Source: Candidatus Binatia bacterium (GTDB lineage Bacteria > Desulfobacterota > Binatia > Bin18). Taken from it: a stretch of DNA of 64,000 nt. Below the pieces are notes generated by a model, which saw nothing but the letters and a program-made list of their open reading frames with translations, did no database searches and was not told where the DNA came from. The number at the start of each line of letters is the position of its first letter. The first letter of the stretch is position 1. Below, piece by piece: positions 9,965 to 20,379 of the stretch. The stretch lies in contig CAXXHG010000043.1 in assembly GCA_963666315.2 (NCBI GenBank), forward strand, positions 192,001 through 256,000, written 5' to 3'. Made by a program: the position numbers and the translations under genes.

Positions 9965-10853
9965 CTTTGCGCTCCTTGCGCTGCTGCAAAAAACGTTGGA
10001 GTTCCTCAGCCATGTCTTTGCCATTGGCATGACCATTGCCCCCATTTTCCGCAGAGACAGTGTCCATGTGTAGCCCTTCTTCCAGACTCTGCTTTTCCAG
10101 TTGCTTCACGTAGGCGGCCATGTTCGGATTCTCCGCAACCGCCTCGGCCACCTGCGTGTCAAATTCCGCCGCCCCCGAGACAAGCTCAGTCGTATCCAGG
10201 GCCACCTGGAGAAAAGACTCGAGCCGGGTCACTAAGGCTAAGGCCGCCTTTGGATTTGGGGATGCGGAAATATAATGTGGCACGTTGGCCCAAAAACTGA
10301 CCGAGGTCACCCCGGCTTGGCGACAGGCATCGTTGAAAACGCCAACGATGCCTGTTGGCCCCTCGTAGCGGGACTGCGAAAAATTGAGTTGGGCAGACAG
10401 CTCAGAATCGCTGCTAAATCCTATCACCCGGACGGGACGGCTATAGGCGACATCAGCCAGCAGGGCTCCAAGCGTAATGACTAAGTTCACCCCGCACTGT
10501 TTCACGATATCGATCAGGGCGGCACAATACGTTTTCCAGCGCAGCTGCGGCTCGATTCCCAGCCCCAGCACGATGCTGCGCTTGAGTGTTGCGGCGCGAC
10601 TCGCAAAGAATTCGTTTGCCGGCCAAATAATCTCTCGGTACACCCCGTCCCGCAGACGAACGTGCGGTCGTTGCTCGCTGAAATTATAAAATTCTTCGGG
10701 ATCTATGCTCGCAAAACGGTCGGCTTGGAGTCGTTTGATAAGGAATTGCGTAGCATGAGTCGCGGCGCCTCCAGCGTCGTTCCAGCCGGCAAATGCCACA
10801 ATCAGAACTGGGTCCGTCAGTTCCGGGATTTTTTCAACAGTCAACGCGCTCAT
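9954..10853 (-). CDS. PAC2 (proteasome assembly chaperone) family protein
   Basis: AFAGWNDAG, IDPEEFY, RYEGPTGIVG, WANVPHY. Confidence 0.9.
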   Translation of the reverse strand: MSALTVEKIPELTDPVLIVAFAGWNDAGGAATHATQFLIKRLQADRFASIDPEEFYNFSEQRPHVRLRDGVYREIIWPANEFFASRAATLKRSIVLGLGIEPQLRWKTYCAALIDIVKQCGVNLVITLGALLADVAYSRPVRVIGFSSDSELSAQLNFSQSRYEGPTGIVGVFNDACRQAGVTSVSFWANVPHYISASPNPKAALALVTRLESFLQVALDTTELVSGAAEFDTQVAEAVAENPNMAAYVKQLEKQSLEEGLHMDTVSAENGGNGHANGKDMAEELQRFLQQRKERKDDD

Positions 10854-10959
10854 GGTCTCCCCTCCCTGGAGGCGCTTTTTCCCTTGTCGCATAGGGGTAA
10901 GCGTCGCAGAAGTGTACCTGCTTCAGCACTGATTGCCAAGAGATTTATTGCCAAAAGAT

Positions 10960-11339
10960 TTAGTTTGGATCGCCGCGAGACAGCAAGAACAGGACGACGC
11001 CGAGGAAGAGGGCGAGTAGGGCAAGAGACACCGCCCAGGATGGGATACGATCGGCGTGAAAGATTGCAGTAGAGCCTTGTTTTTCGTGGATATCCCCTCG
11101 CGGCAAGTCGGCAAGAAACTGACTAATGATGTCCGCAGAGTCACGATCAAGAAAGGTAGCATACCCCGCGGCAGAAAAGGGATAAGATACAGTACATCAG
11201 CTACGATATAGGGATCTCCGTCGCCCTCAAGCAGCCTGAGGTAATGAACGGGAATTTTCGTGTCATGTCCCACTGCATCAATTGAGAGCCCACGTTCTAT
11301 CCGAGTGCGTTTCAGCAACCCTGCCACCTCGTCAGTCAT
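10960..11339 (-). pseudogene. RodZ-like HTH plus transmembrane protein, frameshifted near 11165-11172
   Basis: HTH reads LKRTRIERGLSIDAV...YLIPFL. The shifted frame continues YATFLDRDSADIISQF...WAVSLALLALFLGVVLFLLSRGDPN* (TM helix). Confidence 0.75.
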
Positions 11340-11399
11340 ATCCCGTACTTTCTTGTACTAGCACGCGCTCTGTTCTCTTTCCGCTGGTTAATGGCTACA

Positions 11400-12501
11400 T
11401 CAGTCCGCAGTCGCCTCCTGTAGTAAATAAGCCTCAATAAACTGATCGATCTCGCCATCCAGAACCGCATCGGTATTGCCGACCTCGACTCCGGTACGAT
11501 GGTCTTTCACCATCCGGTAGGGATGTAGGACATATGAGCGAATCTGACTCCCCCAGGCAATGTCCTTTTTACTTTTATGCAAATCTTCCATCTTCTCCTT
11601 TTGTTTCTCCACCTCCAATTCATACAGCCGGGCGCGGAGAATCTTCATCGCCAGGGTACGATTGCGGTGCTGGGAGCGTTCATTCTGACACGCCACGACA
11701 AACCCGGAAGGCAGGTGTGTCAGGCGAACGGCTGAGTCGGTTTTGTTCACATGCTGGCCGCCTGCGCCGCTCGCCCGGTAGGTATCGACCCGTAAATCTT
11801 CAGGACGAATGTCCACCTCAACCGTTTCATCAATGTCAGGGTAAACAAAAAGGGAGGCAAATGAAGTATGCCGACGGGCGTTGGCATCAAAGGGTGAAAT
11901 ACGGACAAGACGGTGAATACCCGCCTCCGCCCGCAAATAGCCGTAGGCGTACGCGCCATTCACAGTAAAGGTAGCGCTTTTGACCCCACCGCCTTCACCC
12001 GGGAGATGTTCGGCCATATCCACTTTGTAACCGCGCCTTTCCGCCCAGCGGAGATAGAGCCGCAGGAGCATGTCGGCCCAGTCTTGGGCTTCGAGGCCAC
12101 CAGCCCCTGGGTGGAGACTGACGATCGCACCCTGGGCGTCGTGTTCTCCACCCAACATACGTTGAAACTCGGCCTGGTTGACTCCAGCCTCAAGCTCAGA
12201 GAGTGCCCGCTCAACCTCTTCAATGGCTTCGGCATCTCCGTCTTCGGCGAGTTCCAAGAAGACAAGAACGTCAGCAGCAGCCTGATCCTGCTTTTTCCAT
12301 TCCTGTATTGAATCAAGCAAGGTGGCGCGTTCTTTTAAAACGGCTTGGGCCTTCCCCCGGTCTTGCCAGAATTCGTTGGCGAGGGTCTGCTCTTCAAGTT
12401 CTACGGCGCGGGCTTCTTTTCCTGGAATGTCAAAGATGCCTCCCAAAACTCTGAATGCGCACGCTCAGCTCATGCAACTTCTCTTTCATTTCTACGAGCA
12501 T
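11400..12501 (-). CDS. prfB: Peptide chain release factor 2 with programmed +1 frameshift
   Basis: ATG 12501 after GGAGG gives MLVEMKEKLHELSVRIQSFGRHL, then CTT TGA C (12435-12429) with internal SD GGGAGG. SPF and GGQ motifs lie downstream. Confidence 0.96.
12429..12444 (-). promoter_or_regulatory. prfB +1 frameshift cassette GGGAGG-CAT-CTT-TGA-C
   Basis: Matches the canonical RF2 autoregulatory shift site. Confidence 0.95.
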
Positions 12502-14038
12502 ACCCGTTTCCTCCGTTTCGTCGAAAAGACGCTTTGATGTATGGGTATCCTAACATAACCAGTGTACTAACAGCGCACAACTTGGCGAACCAATCCCCGT
12601 ACTGGGTGTAGACAGACGTAACCTGCGGCCAAGCCATCTCTTCGGCTAAAAAAGCTGTTTCAAAAAGAGCTGTTTGAGCCCGTACCTGCCCGTCTATGCC
12701 CACAATGGCCGAAATGCCAGTGTTTGCCGCACGCACCAAGGGAACTCGATTCTCAACCGCCCGCATGGCCTCCATGGCGAGATGTTGGTACGGCGCCGAG
12801 GTGTTCCCAAACCAGGCATCGTTCGTCATATTGATGAGCAGAGTTGCCCCGTTGTGGACAAAACGACGAGCCAAATCCGGAAAGACTCCTTCGTAGCAAA
12901 TTAGGACCCCAAATTTGCCAAAGGGAAGAGAAAAAACAGTAGGCGTCGTCCCTGGTGCAAAGTCCCCAATCCCTTCGACCCACTTATCCAGGAAAAAGAG
13001 AGCACTGTGCTGAAAGGGAATGTATTCTCCAAAGGGTGTCAGAATAATCTTGTCATATTGTCCCAGGATAGTTGCCTCGGGAGACATCAGATAGGCCCGA
13101 TTAAACAGTGTGGGCATGTCCGTTCCATTCATGAGAAAGGCCGGGCTGCCAAATAGGAGGGGCGTTTTCGTCTCGTGCGCAAGATCCAGGATCCGGCCGC
13201 GGTAGGTCACGTCAGATTGAAAGAAGAAGGGTATTGAGGCTTCTGGCCAAACAATCAAATCCACCGTTTGCTCAGCAAGCCGACGCGTCAACTGCTCATA
13301 CCGGGCCAGCGTGGTCTCTTGGTAGTCTGGGTCCCATTTTTTGTCTTGGGCGATATTACCCTGCGCAACGCCAACCCGTAGCGTGTGGGTTTTCGGCAGA
13401 GCGGCAAGCTGCTCTCGACGCCAGCCGCCCCAGCCCGAAAGTCCCGCAACGAGGAGCAGCAAGACCAGGAGCAACCGGCCACGCCCAGGGCCCTGACGAG
13501 ACAATACGCTAAAGATAACAATATTGCCGAACACCACAATCGCCGAGAGGCCATACATTCCAGTAAATTCGACGAACTGGATCAGGTTTAAGAAGTTATA
13601 CTGCGAATAGCCCAGGCTGACCCACGGAAAGCCAATAAAAAAGAAGGAGCGCACCCATTCCAAGGCGACCCACAAGAGGGGCCCAAGCAGGACAATGGGC
13701 AAACCGTGTTGCATATAGATACGTACTCCGGCGGCAAAGGCTCCCGTGTAAGCCGACAGAATAGCGCACATGAGCAGCAGCGGGCCAACGGCAATGAGGT
13801 AAGGGATATTGCTGTATAGGCCAATTGTGTGCACGATCCAGTAGAGCGTGCCTATATAAAACCCCATGCCGGCAATCCAGCCTAACGTAAAGGCGCGCCG
13901 TAGCGTTTGGCCCTGAATAATCCATAGGAGTGGCACAAAGGCGACCCAAGCCAAAAAATTCCAGTCTACTTTTGGGAAAGCGAGGGCAAGCAGGATACCG
14001 CTTAGGGCGGCCAGCCCGGTTTGCTGCAGGCGACTCAT
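12470..14038 (-). CDS. lnt: Apolipoprotein N-acyltransferase
   Basis: Multiple TM helices, QGNI, WPE, YDK...PFGEYIP, ICYE, NDAWFG, RAANTG. Confidence 0.95.
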   Translation of the reverse strand: MSRLQQTGLAALSGILLALAFPKVDWNFLAWVAFVPLLWIIQGQTLRRAFTLGWIAGMGFYIGTLYWIVHTIGLYSNIPYLIAVGPLLLMCAILSAYTGAFAAGVRIYMQHGLPIVLLGPLLWVALEWVRSFFFIGFPWVSLGYSQYNFLNLIQFVEFTGMYGLSAIVVFGNIVIFSVLSRQGPGRGRLLLVLLLLVAGLSGWGGWRREQLAALPKTHTLRVGVAQGNIAQDKKWDPDYQETTLARYEQLTRRLAEQTVDLIVWPEASIPFFFQSDVTYRGRILDLAHETKTPLLFGSPAFLMNGTDMPTLFNRAYLMSPEATILGQYDKIILTPFGEYIPFQHSALFFLDKWVEGIGDFAPGTTPTVFSLPFGKFGVLICYEGVFPDLARRFVHNGATLLINMTNDAWFGNTSAPYQHLAMEAMRAVENRVPLVRAANTGISAIVGIDGQVRAQTALFETAFLAEEMAWPQVTSVYTQYGDWFAKLCAVSTLVMLGYPYIKASFRRNGGNGYARRNEREVA

Positions 14039-14087
14039 ATACGCAGCAGACTAGCGTGACGGTCGCAGGCTGGGAAGGCCGTATAGG

Positions 14088-14594
14088 TTATAGACGCCGG
14101 CTCTCCAGGAGGGCTTGCACTTCTCTCTCCTTTTTATGCATCCGAATAGCTTCGCTCCGCGAGATTTCATGATCGTAGCCAAGCAGATGCAAAATGCCGT
14201 GGATGAGCAGCGTGAGAACCTCCTCTCGCAAGGAGTGCCGTCTTCGCCGCGCCTGACTCTGCGCGGCATCAATCGAGATGATCACATCTCCCAAAAGCCA
14301 GGGGTATAAGTCGTCGGCGAGAGGAAAAGACAATACGTCAGTCGGCTCGTCTTTGTTCCGATACTGACTATTCAGCTCGTGGATCGTCTGATCCGTCACG
14401 AAGACGAGGCTCAGCTCGGCCGCTTTCTGTTCCAGGTGACGTAGGATCGTTCGGCTCCAGCGTCGGATCTCGATCCGGCTCACTCCCGGAACCGTGCCGG
14501 AGATGTCGATGGTCAGGCCGGGCCTGGAGATGACTGCGACGGCGCGTCCGGCGTTCTTCGTCGTGGCGCTCTTGTTCATCTTGGTCGCGTTCAT
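14088..14594 (-). CDS. ybeY: rRNA maturation endoribonuclease YbeY (start uncertain)
   Basis: LNSQYRNKDEPTDVLSF and HGILHLLGYDH. The conserved part begins near 14516. Confidence 0.9.
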   Translation of the reverse strand: MNATKMNKSATTKNAGRAVAVISRPGLTIDISGTVPGVSRIEIRRWSRTILRHLEQKAAELSLVFVTDQTIHELNSQYRNKDEPTDVLSFPLADDLYPWLLGDVIISIDAAQSQARRRRHSLREEVLTLLIHGILHLLGYDHEISRSEAIRMHKKEREVQALLESRRL

Positions 14595-15540
14595 ATGCAG
14601 TGATCACATCTTGGACGAGACGATGGCGGACCACGTCTTTTTCCGTAAACAGCGTAAAATTTATCCCGTTGATATTGCGTAAAATGCGCTGAGCTTCTTT
14701 CAAGCCCGACCGCGTCCCGGTGGGCAGATCAACCTGCGTGACATCACCGGTGATCACCGCTTTGGACCCATAGCCCAACCGTGTAAGAAACATTTTCATT
14801 TGCTCGCGGGTAGTATTCTGCGCTTCATCCAAGATCACAAAAGAGTCGTTCAGCGTCCGCCCACGCATGAACGCCAAAGGGGCGACTTCAATCACTCCAC
14901 GCTCGATCATTTTTTGGGCGCGGTCAAAATCAACCATGTCGTGGAGCGCATCGTATAGGGGCCGTAGATACGGATTGATCTTCTCGGCCAGATCGCCGGG
15001 CAGAAAACCCAGTTTCTCCCCAGCCTCAACCGCAGGACGGGTCAGAACGACACGACTCACTTTGCGTTTCATCAGCTCCGCAACCGCAACCGCCATCGCC
15101 AAATACGTTTTTCCGGTCCCAGCTGGACCTATGCCAAACACGATGTCATAGCGACGAAGGGCATCGATATAGGCTTTTTGGGCAAGACTCTTAGGCGTAA
15201 TCGTACGACGATTCGATGACACATAGACAGTGTCGAGAAAAATGTCTTTCAGATTCGCAGAGTGATCCTGGCTGAGGATGCGAATCGCGTAATCCACATC
15301 ACTCGGATACACGGGATAACCGCGCTGAATCAGGTCGTATAATTGTGTTGTGACACGACTCGCAATATCACGCTGGTCTTCATCTCCAGTAATGATGAGC
15401 GAGTTTCCCGAGGCGGAGATTTTGACCCCAAGCGCGTTCTCAATGCCCCGCAGATGTACGTCTTGCTGGCCGAGGAGATCCCGCAAGAAACGTTGGTTGC
15501 CAAACTCGAGTTGAGAAGTTGCCGGTGTTGCTTGATCCAA
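14368..15540 (-). CDS. phoH: PhoH family ATPase with run-on C-terminus
   Basis: GPAGTGKT, RPAVEAGE, MRGRTL, DEAQN; TTG 15540 follows GGAGG. Confidence 0.92.
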   Translation of the reverse strand: MDQATPATSQLEFGNQRFLRDLLGQQDVHLRGIENALGVKISASGNSLIITGDEDQRDIASRVTTQLYDLIQRGYPVYPSDVDYAIRILSQDHSANLKDIFLDTVYVSSNRRTITPKSLAQKAYIDALRRYDIVFGIGPAGTGKTYLAMAVAVAELMKRKVSRVVLTRPAVEAGEKLGFLPGDLAEKINPYLRPLYDALHDMVDFDRAQKMIERGVIEVAPLAFMRGRTLNDSFVILDEAQNTTREQMKMFLTRLGYGSKAVITGDVTQVDLPTGTRSGLKEAQRILRNINGINFTLFTEKDVVRHRLVQDVITAYERDQDEQERHDEERRTRRRSHLQARPDHRHLRHGSGSEPDRDPTLEPNDPTSPGTESGRAEPRLRDGSDDPRAE

Positions 15541-15550
15541 ACGTCCTCCG

Positions 15551-18193
15551 TTACACGCCTCTTTCAATCAGCTCATACACCTTTTGCAAGGCTTCATCCA
15601 GTCGCGCGGGATCTTTTCCACCGGCTTGTGCAAAGTCAGGCCGGCCACCCCCGCCGCCACCAACGATAGGGGCAATCTGTTTGATGATATTCCCGGCATG
15701 ATACCGCTTGGTCAGATCTTTACTGACCGCAGCTAACAATGAGACTTTCTCTCCCCGCGTCATGCCCAGCACGATGACGGCAGGCTGCAGCCTGCCGCGT
15801 AGCTGGTCCGCCATATCCCGGACGGCTTTATCATTCACCCCTTCGACCCGGCAGGCAACGACATTCACGCCGTTTGTTTGACGCACGCGGGACGCAATAT
15901 CATCGCTCTGCGAGCTGGCAAGTTTGCCCTGGAGCTGACTCAACTGCCTTCCCAGTTCACGCTGCTGACTCAGCAATTTCTCCAAACGCTCGACCGCATC
16001 GTACTCGGAGCCTTTGAGGATACTCCCCATCTCCTTAAGGACGTGCTCACGGTGTCGGACCCAGTCGAGGGCGCCTGCCCCAGTGACGGCTTCAACGCGT
16101 CGTACGCCGGATGCCACACCTGCTTCGGCTTTGATTTTCAGTAGTCCCACATCTCCGGTCCGGCTGACATGCGTTCCACCGCACAGCTCGGTCGAAAAAT
16201 CACCCATCCGCAACACTCGGACACGCTCACCGTATTTTTCACCAAAGAAAGCCAGAGCGCCTTTTTCGATAGCATCCGCAAAGGCCATTTCTTCACTAGT
16301 AACTTCAGCATTGTCACGAATATGGGCATTAATCAGGTCTTCAATGTCTTCGAGTACATCGTCCTTGACCGGGCTGGCATGCGTGAAGTCGAAACGTAGT
16401 CGGTCCGGCGTCACCAGTGAGCCGGCCTGACGAACGTGCGAGCCCAACACCTGACGCAGCGCTGCGTGAAGGATATGGGTGGCAGAGTGATTTAAGCGGA
16501 TCGCCTCGCGTCGTCCGGCATCAATACTGAGCTGAACCGTATCGCCTTTCTGCACAGCCCCTTGGACAACCCGACCGGTGTGCACAATGAGTGCCGGGTG
16601 GGGCCTTTGGGTATCAAGAATCTGTATCAGATCTCCCCGGCTGGTTTCGATCTTGCCGATATCACCGACCTGTCCACCCGACTCGCCGTAAAAAGGCGTC
16701 TCTGCAGTAACGATTTCAACCTCTTGCCCTTCACCCACGGCATCAGTACGCGTCTGTCCATCAACCAAGGTCGCAAGCACTTCAGACTCATATTTCACCT
16801 GGCGGTCACCGACAAAGCGAGAATGCAGATCTGAGTCTGTGAGTCCGGCGCTGATATAGACGGTACCCTTTTGCCCTGCGCGGGCACGCGTGCGCTGATC
16901 TTCCATGGCGCGCTTAAATTCGTCTTGGTCCACGCTCAAACCTTCGGACGAAAGGAAATCTTCAGTCAGATCAAGCGGAAAGCCATACGTGTCATATAAA
17001 CGAAAGGCGGCTTCTCCCGGCAGCGTCGTTGCTTGGCGCTGGCGCAGATCATGGATTTCTTGTTCGAGTAGAGCGAGTCCTTTCTCCAATGTTTCCGAGA
17101 AACGCGTTTCCTCATTGCGAATGACTTCCGTCATATAGTCACGACGGTCAATCAATTCAGGATAGGCTGATCCCATGAGGCGCACCACGCTGTCCGCTAC
17201 TTGTGAGAAGAACGGACCCTCAAAGCCGAGTCTCCGCCCATGTCGCAACGCACGCCGCATAATCCGCCGCAGCACATAACCACGGCCCTCGTTCGTCGGC
17301 ACGACCCCATCCGTAATGGCAAACGCCGCCGTGCGTGCATGGTCGGCAATCACGCGGAAGGAGACATCTTGCTCGCTCTCGTCACCGTAGCGCTTGTCAC
17401 CTACGCCTTCGGTAAAAGTAATGATATCTCGGAGCAGGTCGGAATCATAATTACCGGGCACGTCTTGGAGCACAGAGACAATGCGCTCTAAACCCATTCC
17501 GGTATCGACGTGAGTTTCCGGTAAATCGCTAAGCGATTGGTCGGCATTGCGATTATACTGAATAAAAACAAGATTCCACAGCTCGATATAGCGGGGACAA
17601 CCACCGTTCACCGCACATATGTGACCGGACGTATTGGCCAGCTCGCATACATGTGGACCGCGGTCGATGTGAATTTCCGAGCAGGGTCCGCATGGACCAT
17701 ACTCGCCCATTTCCCAGAAATTATCTTTTCCGGCAAAACGCAGGATCTGTTGCGGGTCAATGTCCGTCTGTTTGCGCCAGCATTCGTCGGCTTCATCATC
17801 GGTCGTGTACACGGTTGCCCACAGTTTATCCTTGGGCAGTTTCCAGACGTCGGTCAGTAACTCCCAGGCCCAGGTAATCGCTTCTTTTTTGTAATAATCA
17901 CCAAATGACCAATTCCCCAACATTTCAAAAAAAGTATGGTGGTAGGTATCGCGCCCGACTTCTTCGAGATCGTTATGTTTACCGGACACACGCAAACATT
18001 TTTGTGAATCAACGACACGAGTATGGGTCGGTCTATCCATACCAAGAAAAATATTCTTGAACGGCACCATGCCTGCATTGGTAAACATGAGGGTCGGGTC
18101 GTTAGCCGGAATCAAAGACGCACTCGGCACAACATGATGACCGCGATCAGCAAAGAACTGAAGGAAGCTGTTGCGTATCTCATTCCCTGTCAT
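15551..18193 (-). CDS. alaS: Alanine--tRNA ligase
   Basis: FTNAGM, FFEMLGNWSFGDY, DTGMGLER, editing motifs HSATH and ELCGGTH, GGGGGRPDFAQAGG. Confidence 0.98.
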   Translation of the reverse strand: MTGNEIRNSFLQFFADRGHHVVPSASLIPANDPTLMFTNAGMVPFKNIFLGMDRPTHTRVVDSQKCLRVSGKHNDLEEVGRDTYHHTFFEMLGNWSFGDYYKKEAITWAWELLTDVWKLPKDKLWATVYTTDDEADECWRKQTDIDPQQILRFAGKDNFWEMGEYGPCGPCSEIHIDRGPHVCELANTSGHICAVNGGCPRYIELWNLVFIQYNRNADQSLSDLPETHVDTGMGLERIVSVLQDVPGNYDSDLLRDIITFTEGVGDKRYGDESEQDVSFRVIADHARTAAFAITDGVVPTNEGRGYVLRRIMRRALRHGRRLGFEGPFFSQVADSVVRLMGSAYPELIDRRDYMTEVIRNEETRFSETLEKGLALLEQEIHDLRQRQATTLPGEAAFRLYDTYGFPLDLTEDFLSSEGLSVDQDEFKRAMEDQRTRARAGQKGTVYISAGLTDSDLHSRFVGDRQVKYESEVLATLVDGQTRTDAVGEGQEVEIVTAETPFYGESGGQVGDIGKIETSRGDLIQILDTQRPHPALIVHTGRVVQGAVQKGDTVQLSIDAGRREAIRLNHSATHILHAALRQVLGSHVRQAGSLVTPDRLRFDFTHASPVKDDVLEDIEDLINAHIRDNAEVTSEEMAFADAIEKGALAFFGEKYGERVRVLRMGDFSTELCGGTHVSRTGDVGLLKIKAEAGVASGVRRVEAVTGAGALDWVRHREHVLKEMGSILKGSEYDAVERLEKLLSQQRELGRQLSQLQGKLASSQSDDIASRVRQTNGVNVVACRVEGVNDKAVRDMADQLRGRLQPAVIVLGMTRGEKVSLLAAVSKDLTKRYHAGNIIKQIAPIVGGGGGGRPDFAQAGGKDPARLDEALQKVYELIERGV

Positions 18194-18207
18194 AGGTGCT
18201 ACTCTTT

Positions 18208-18693
18208 CTATTCGTAGTCGTCCTGCCCGTCCCTTCCTAGCACGCTTGCTACGACACTGGGAGAGTATCCCCGTCGCAGCAAGAACCGAAACGCACGGGC
18301 GCGCACCTTGGGGTCTTTGAGTGCTGAAGAAGAGAAGCGCCGCTGCACGAGCCGCTGCGCAACGCCGACATCCGTCTGCTCGACGTGCCCGCTGAGCGCC
18401 TCTTCAATCGCGTCTTCGGTCAGCCCTTTTTGCTTAAGCTTAACCCGAATAGCGCGTGGTCCAAAGCCTTGGTTTTGGAACCACTCCGCAAGCCCGACGG
18501 CCAGCCGCGTGTCGTTCATATGGCCGCGCTGCCTGAGCGTCTCAACTGTAGCGGTCGTGGCCTGTGACGAGAACCCCTTGGAATGTAATTTTTCGACTAA
18601 CCGAGCCTCACTATAATCGCGCTGTGCGAGCAGTCGATACGCGTAGTTGAGCGGCGTTTGCACACAGGCGCGAGAAGAACGAACAGTACGCAT
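18208..18693 (-). CDS. recX: Regulatory protein RecX
   Basis: Downstream of recA; LLAQRDYSE, GPRAIRVKLKQKG, RFLLRRGYS. Confidence 0.88.
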   Translation of the reverse strand: MRTVRSSRACVQTPLNYAYRLLAQRDYSEARLVEKLHSKGFSSQATTATVETLRQRGHMNDTRLAVGLAEWFQNQGFGPRAIRVKLKQKGLTEDAIEEALSGHVEQTDVGVAQRLVQRRFSSSALKDPKVRARAFRFLLRRGYSPSVVASVLGRDGQDDYE

Positions 18694-18710
18694 ACACGAA
18701 GAATACGTCC

Positions 18711-19766
18711 CTACGCTTCCTTAGCCACTTTCTCAGCCGCTTTCTCCGTCTTTGGCTTTGTCTTTGGCGTGCCTAGGCCAAACTTCTCCCGGACTTGGCG
18801 TTCGATATTATTCGCGATCTCAGGCTGCTCTCGTAAATATTCCTTGGCGTTCTCTCGCCCTTGGCCGATCCGATCACCGGAAAACGAGTACCACGCGCCA
18901 GCTTTCTCAACAATGTTTTGATCCACACCGATATCGATCAGCTCACCTTCTTTGGACACGCCGTATCCATACATAATGTCGAACTCGGCCTCTTTAAACG
19001 GAGGAGCAACTTTGTTTTTGACTACTTTGACCCGGGTGTGATTCCCAATGATTTGATCGCCTTGTTTGACCGCGCCGATACGCCGGATGTCCATCCGTAC
19101 CGAAGCGTAGAATTTGAGCGCATTGCCTCCGCTTGTGGTCTCTGGGTTGCCGAACATGACTCCGATTTTCATCCGAATCTGATTGATAAAGATGACTAAA
19201 GTTTGTGAACGCGCGATCGTACTCACCAGTTTGCGCAACGCTTGGGACATGAGCCGGGCTTGCATTCCCATCTGGGGATCACCCATATCGCCTTCAAGTT
19301 CAGACCGCGGGACGAGGGCGGCAACAGAATCGATCACAATCACCTCCAGCGCTCCGCTCCGGACTAAAGTATCCGTGATTTCCATGGCTTGCTCACCGTG
19401 GTCGGGCTGAGAGACCAGCAGCTGAGCAGCTTTTACGCCAAGTCGGCTTGCGTAGCCTATGTCCATCGCGTGCTCAGCATCGATATAGGCGCACGAGCCG
19501 CCGCCTTTTTGCGCCTCAGCGACAACGTGCAAGGCTAGGGTTGTTTTTCCAGACGACTCAGGTCCATAGATTTCAACCACCCGTCCGCGCGGCAGGCCGC
19601 CAATGCCGAGCGCAAGGTCCAAGCCGAGCGAGCCGGTCGAAATCGTAGGAATGTCACGTTCGATGGCGTCCTCGTCCAGCCTCATGATCGCGCCCTTCCC
19701 AAACTGCTTTTCGATCTGACTGACAGCTAAACCCAGCGCTCGTTCACGATCTTTTTCTTCTACCAT
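18711..19766 (-). CDS. recA: Recombinase RecA
   Basis: [36 protein letters not shown]; ATG 19766 follows AGGAG. Confidence 0.98.
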   Translation of the reverse strand: MVEEKDRERALGLAVSQIEKQFGKGAIMRLDEDAIERDIPTISTGSLGLDLALGIGGLPRGRVVEIYGPESSGKTTLALHVVAEAQKGGGSCAYIDAEHAMDIGYASRLGVKAAQLLVSQPDHGEQAMEITDTLVRSGALEVIVIDSVAALVPRSELEGDMGDPQMGMQARLMSQALRKLVSTIARSQTLVIFINQIRMKIGVMFGNPETTSGGNALKFYASVRMDIRRIGAVKQGDQIIGNHTRVKVVKNKVAPPFKEAEFDIMYGYGVSKEGELIDIGVDQNIVEKAGAWYSFSGDRIGQGRENAKEYLREQPEIANNIERQVREKFGLGTPKTKPKTEKAAEKVAKEA

Positions 19767-19800
19767 ACGCTTGCTCCTTACTTTTGTGGACGGGGGAATT

Positions 19801-20361
19801 TTACGCGACACTCAAGGCAACCGATCCCAATGGTGTGTAGACCGCTCCGCGGGGCTGGAGGTCGCTCTGATACAGGGTCAGGGTGTCAATAATACTCTCG
19901 CCAAAATCTTGCTGCAGGTGTTCTTGTATCTCTGCCAGCACTCGAGCCCAGCCGCGCTGAGACCGTAGCCGCCCGAGGGTGATATGGGGTCGAAACGCTC
20001 GACCGTCTGCGGGGAAGCCGAGTAGCGTCAGCGCCGACTCAATACGTTCACCAAGTTCGCTCAGTCCTTCTCCGCTCAGACGAGTCCACAAAACTCGTGG
20101 CCGCTTGAGAGTGGGAAACGCGCCTAGCCCGTACGTCCGAATTCGCAGTGCGGCTTGAGTCTTCACCGTTTCCTGTAAGACGTGCAGGATAGGCTCGATT
20201 TTGGCTTGATGCATATCGCCAAGAAACTTGAATGTCAGGTGCAAGCCCTCGGGTCGAACCCAACGAATATCGCCTTCCGCCTTTCGTAGAACAGATTGGA
20301 CTTTCGCTATTTCTTCGACTACCGATACGGCTAGATTAGCTGCGATAAAGGCCCGAATCAA
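19801..20361 (-). CDS. thpR: RNA 2',3'-cyclic phosphodiesterase (2H family)
   Basis: Two HxT motifs (HLTF, HITL); cinA-thpR-recA synteny. Confidence 0.92.
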   Translation of the reverse strand: MIRAFIAANLAVSVVEEIAKVQSVLRKAEGDIRWVRPEGLHLTFKFLGDMHQAKIEPILHVLQETVKTQAALRIRTYGLGAFPTLKRPRVLWTRLSGEGLSELGERIESALTLLGFPADGRAFRPHITLGRLRSQRGWARVLAEIQEHLQQDFGESIIDTLTLYQSDLQPRGAVYTPLGSVALSVA

Positions 20362-20379
20362 CAGGGGGTCTCCTCTTTT

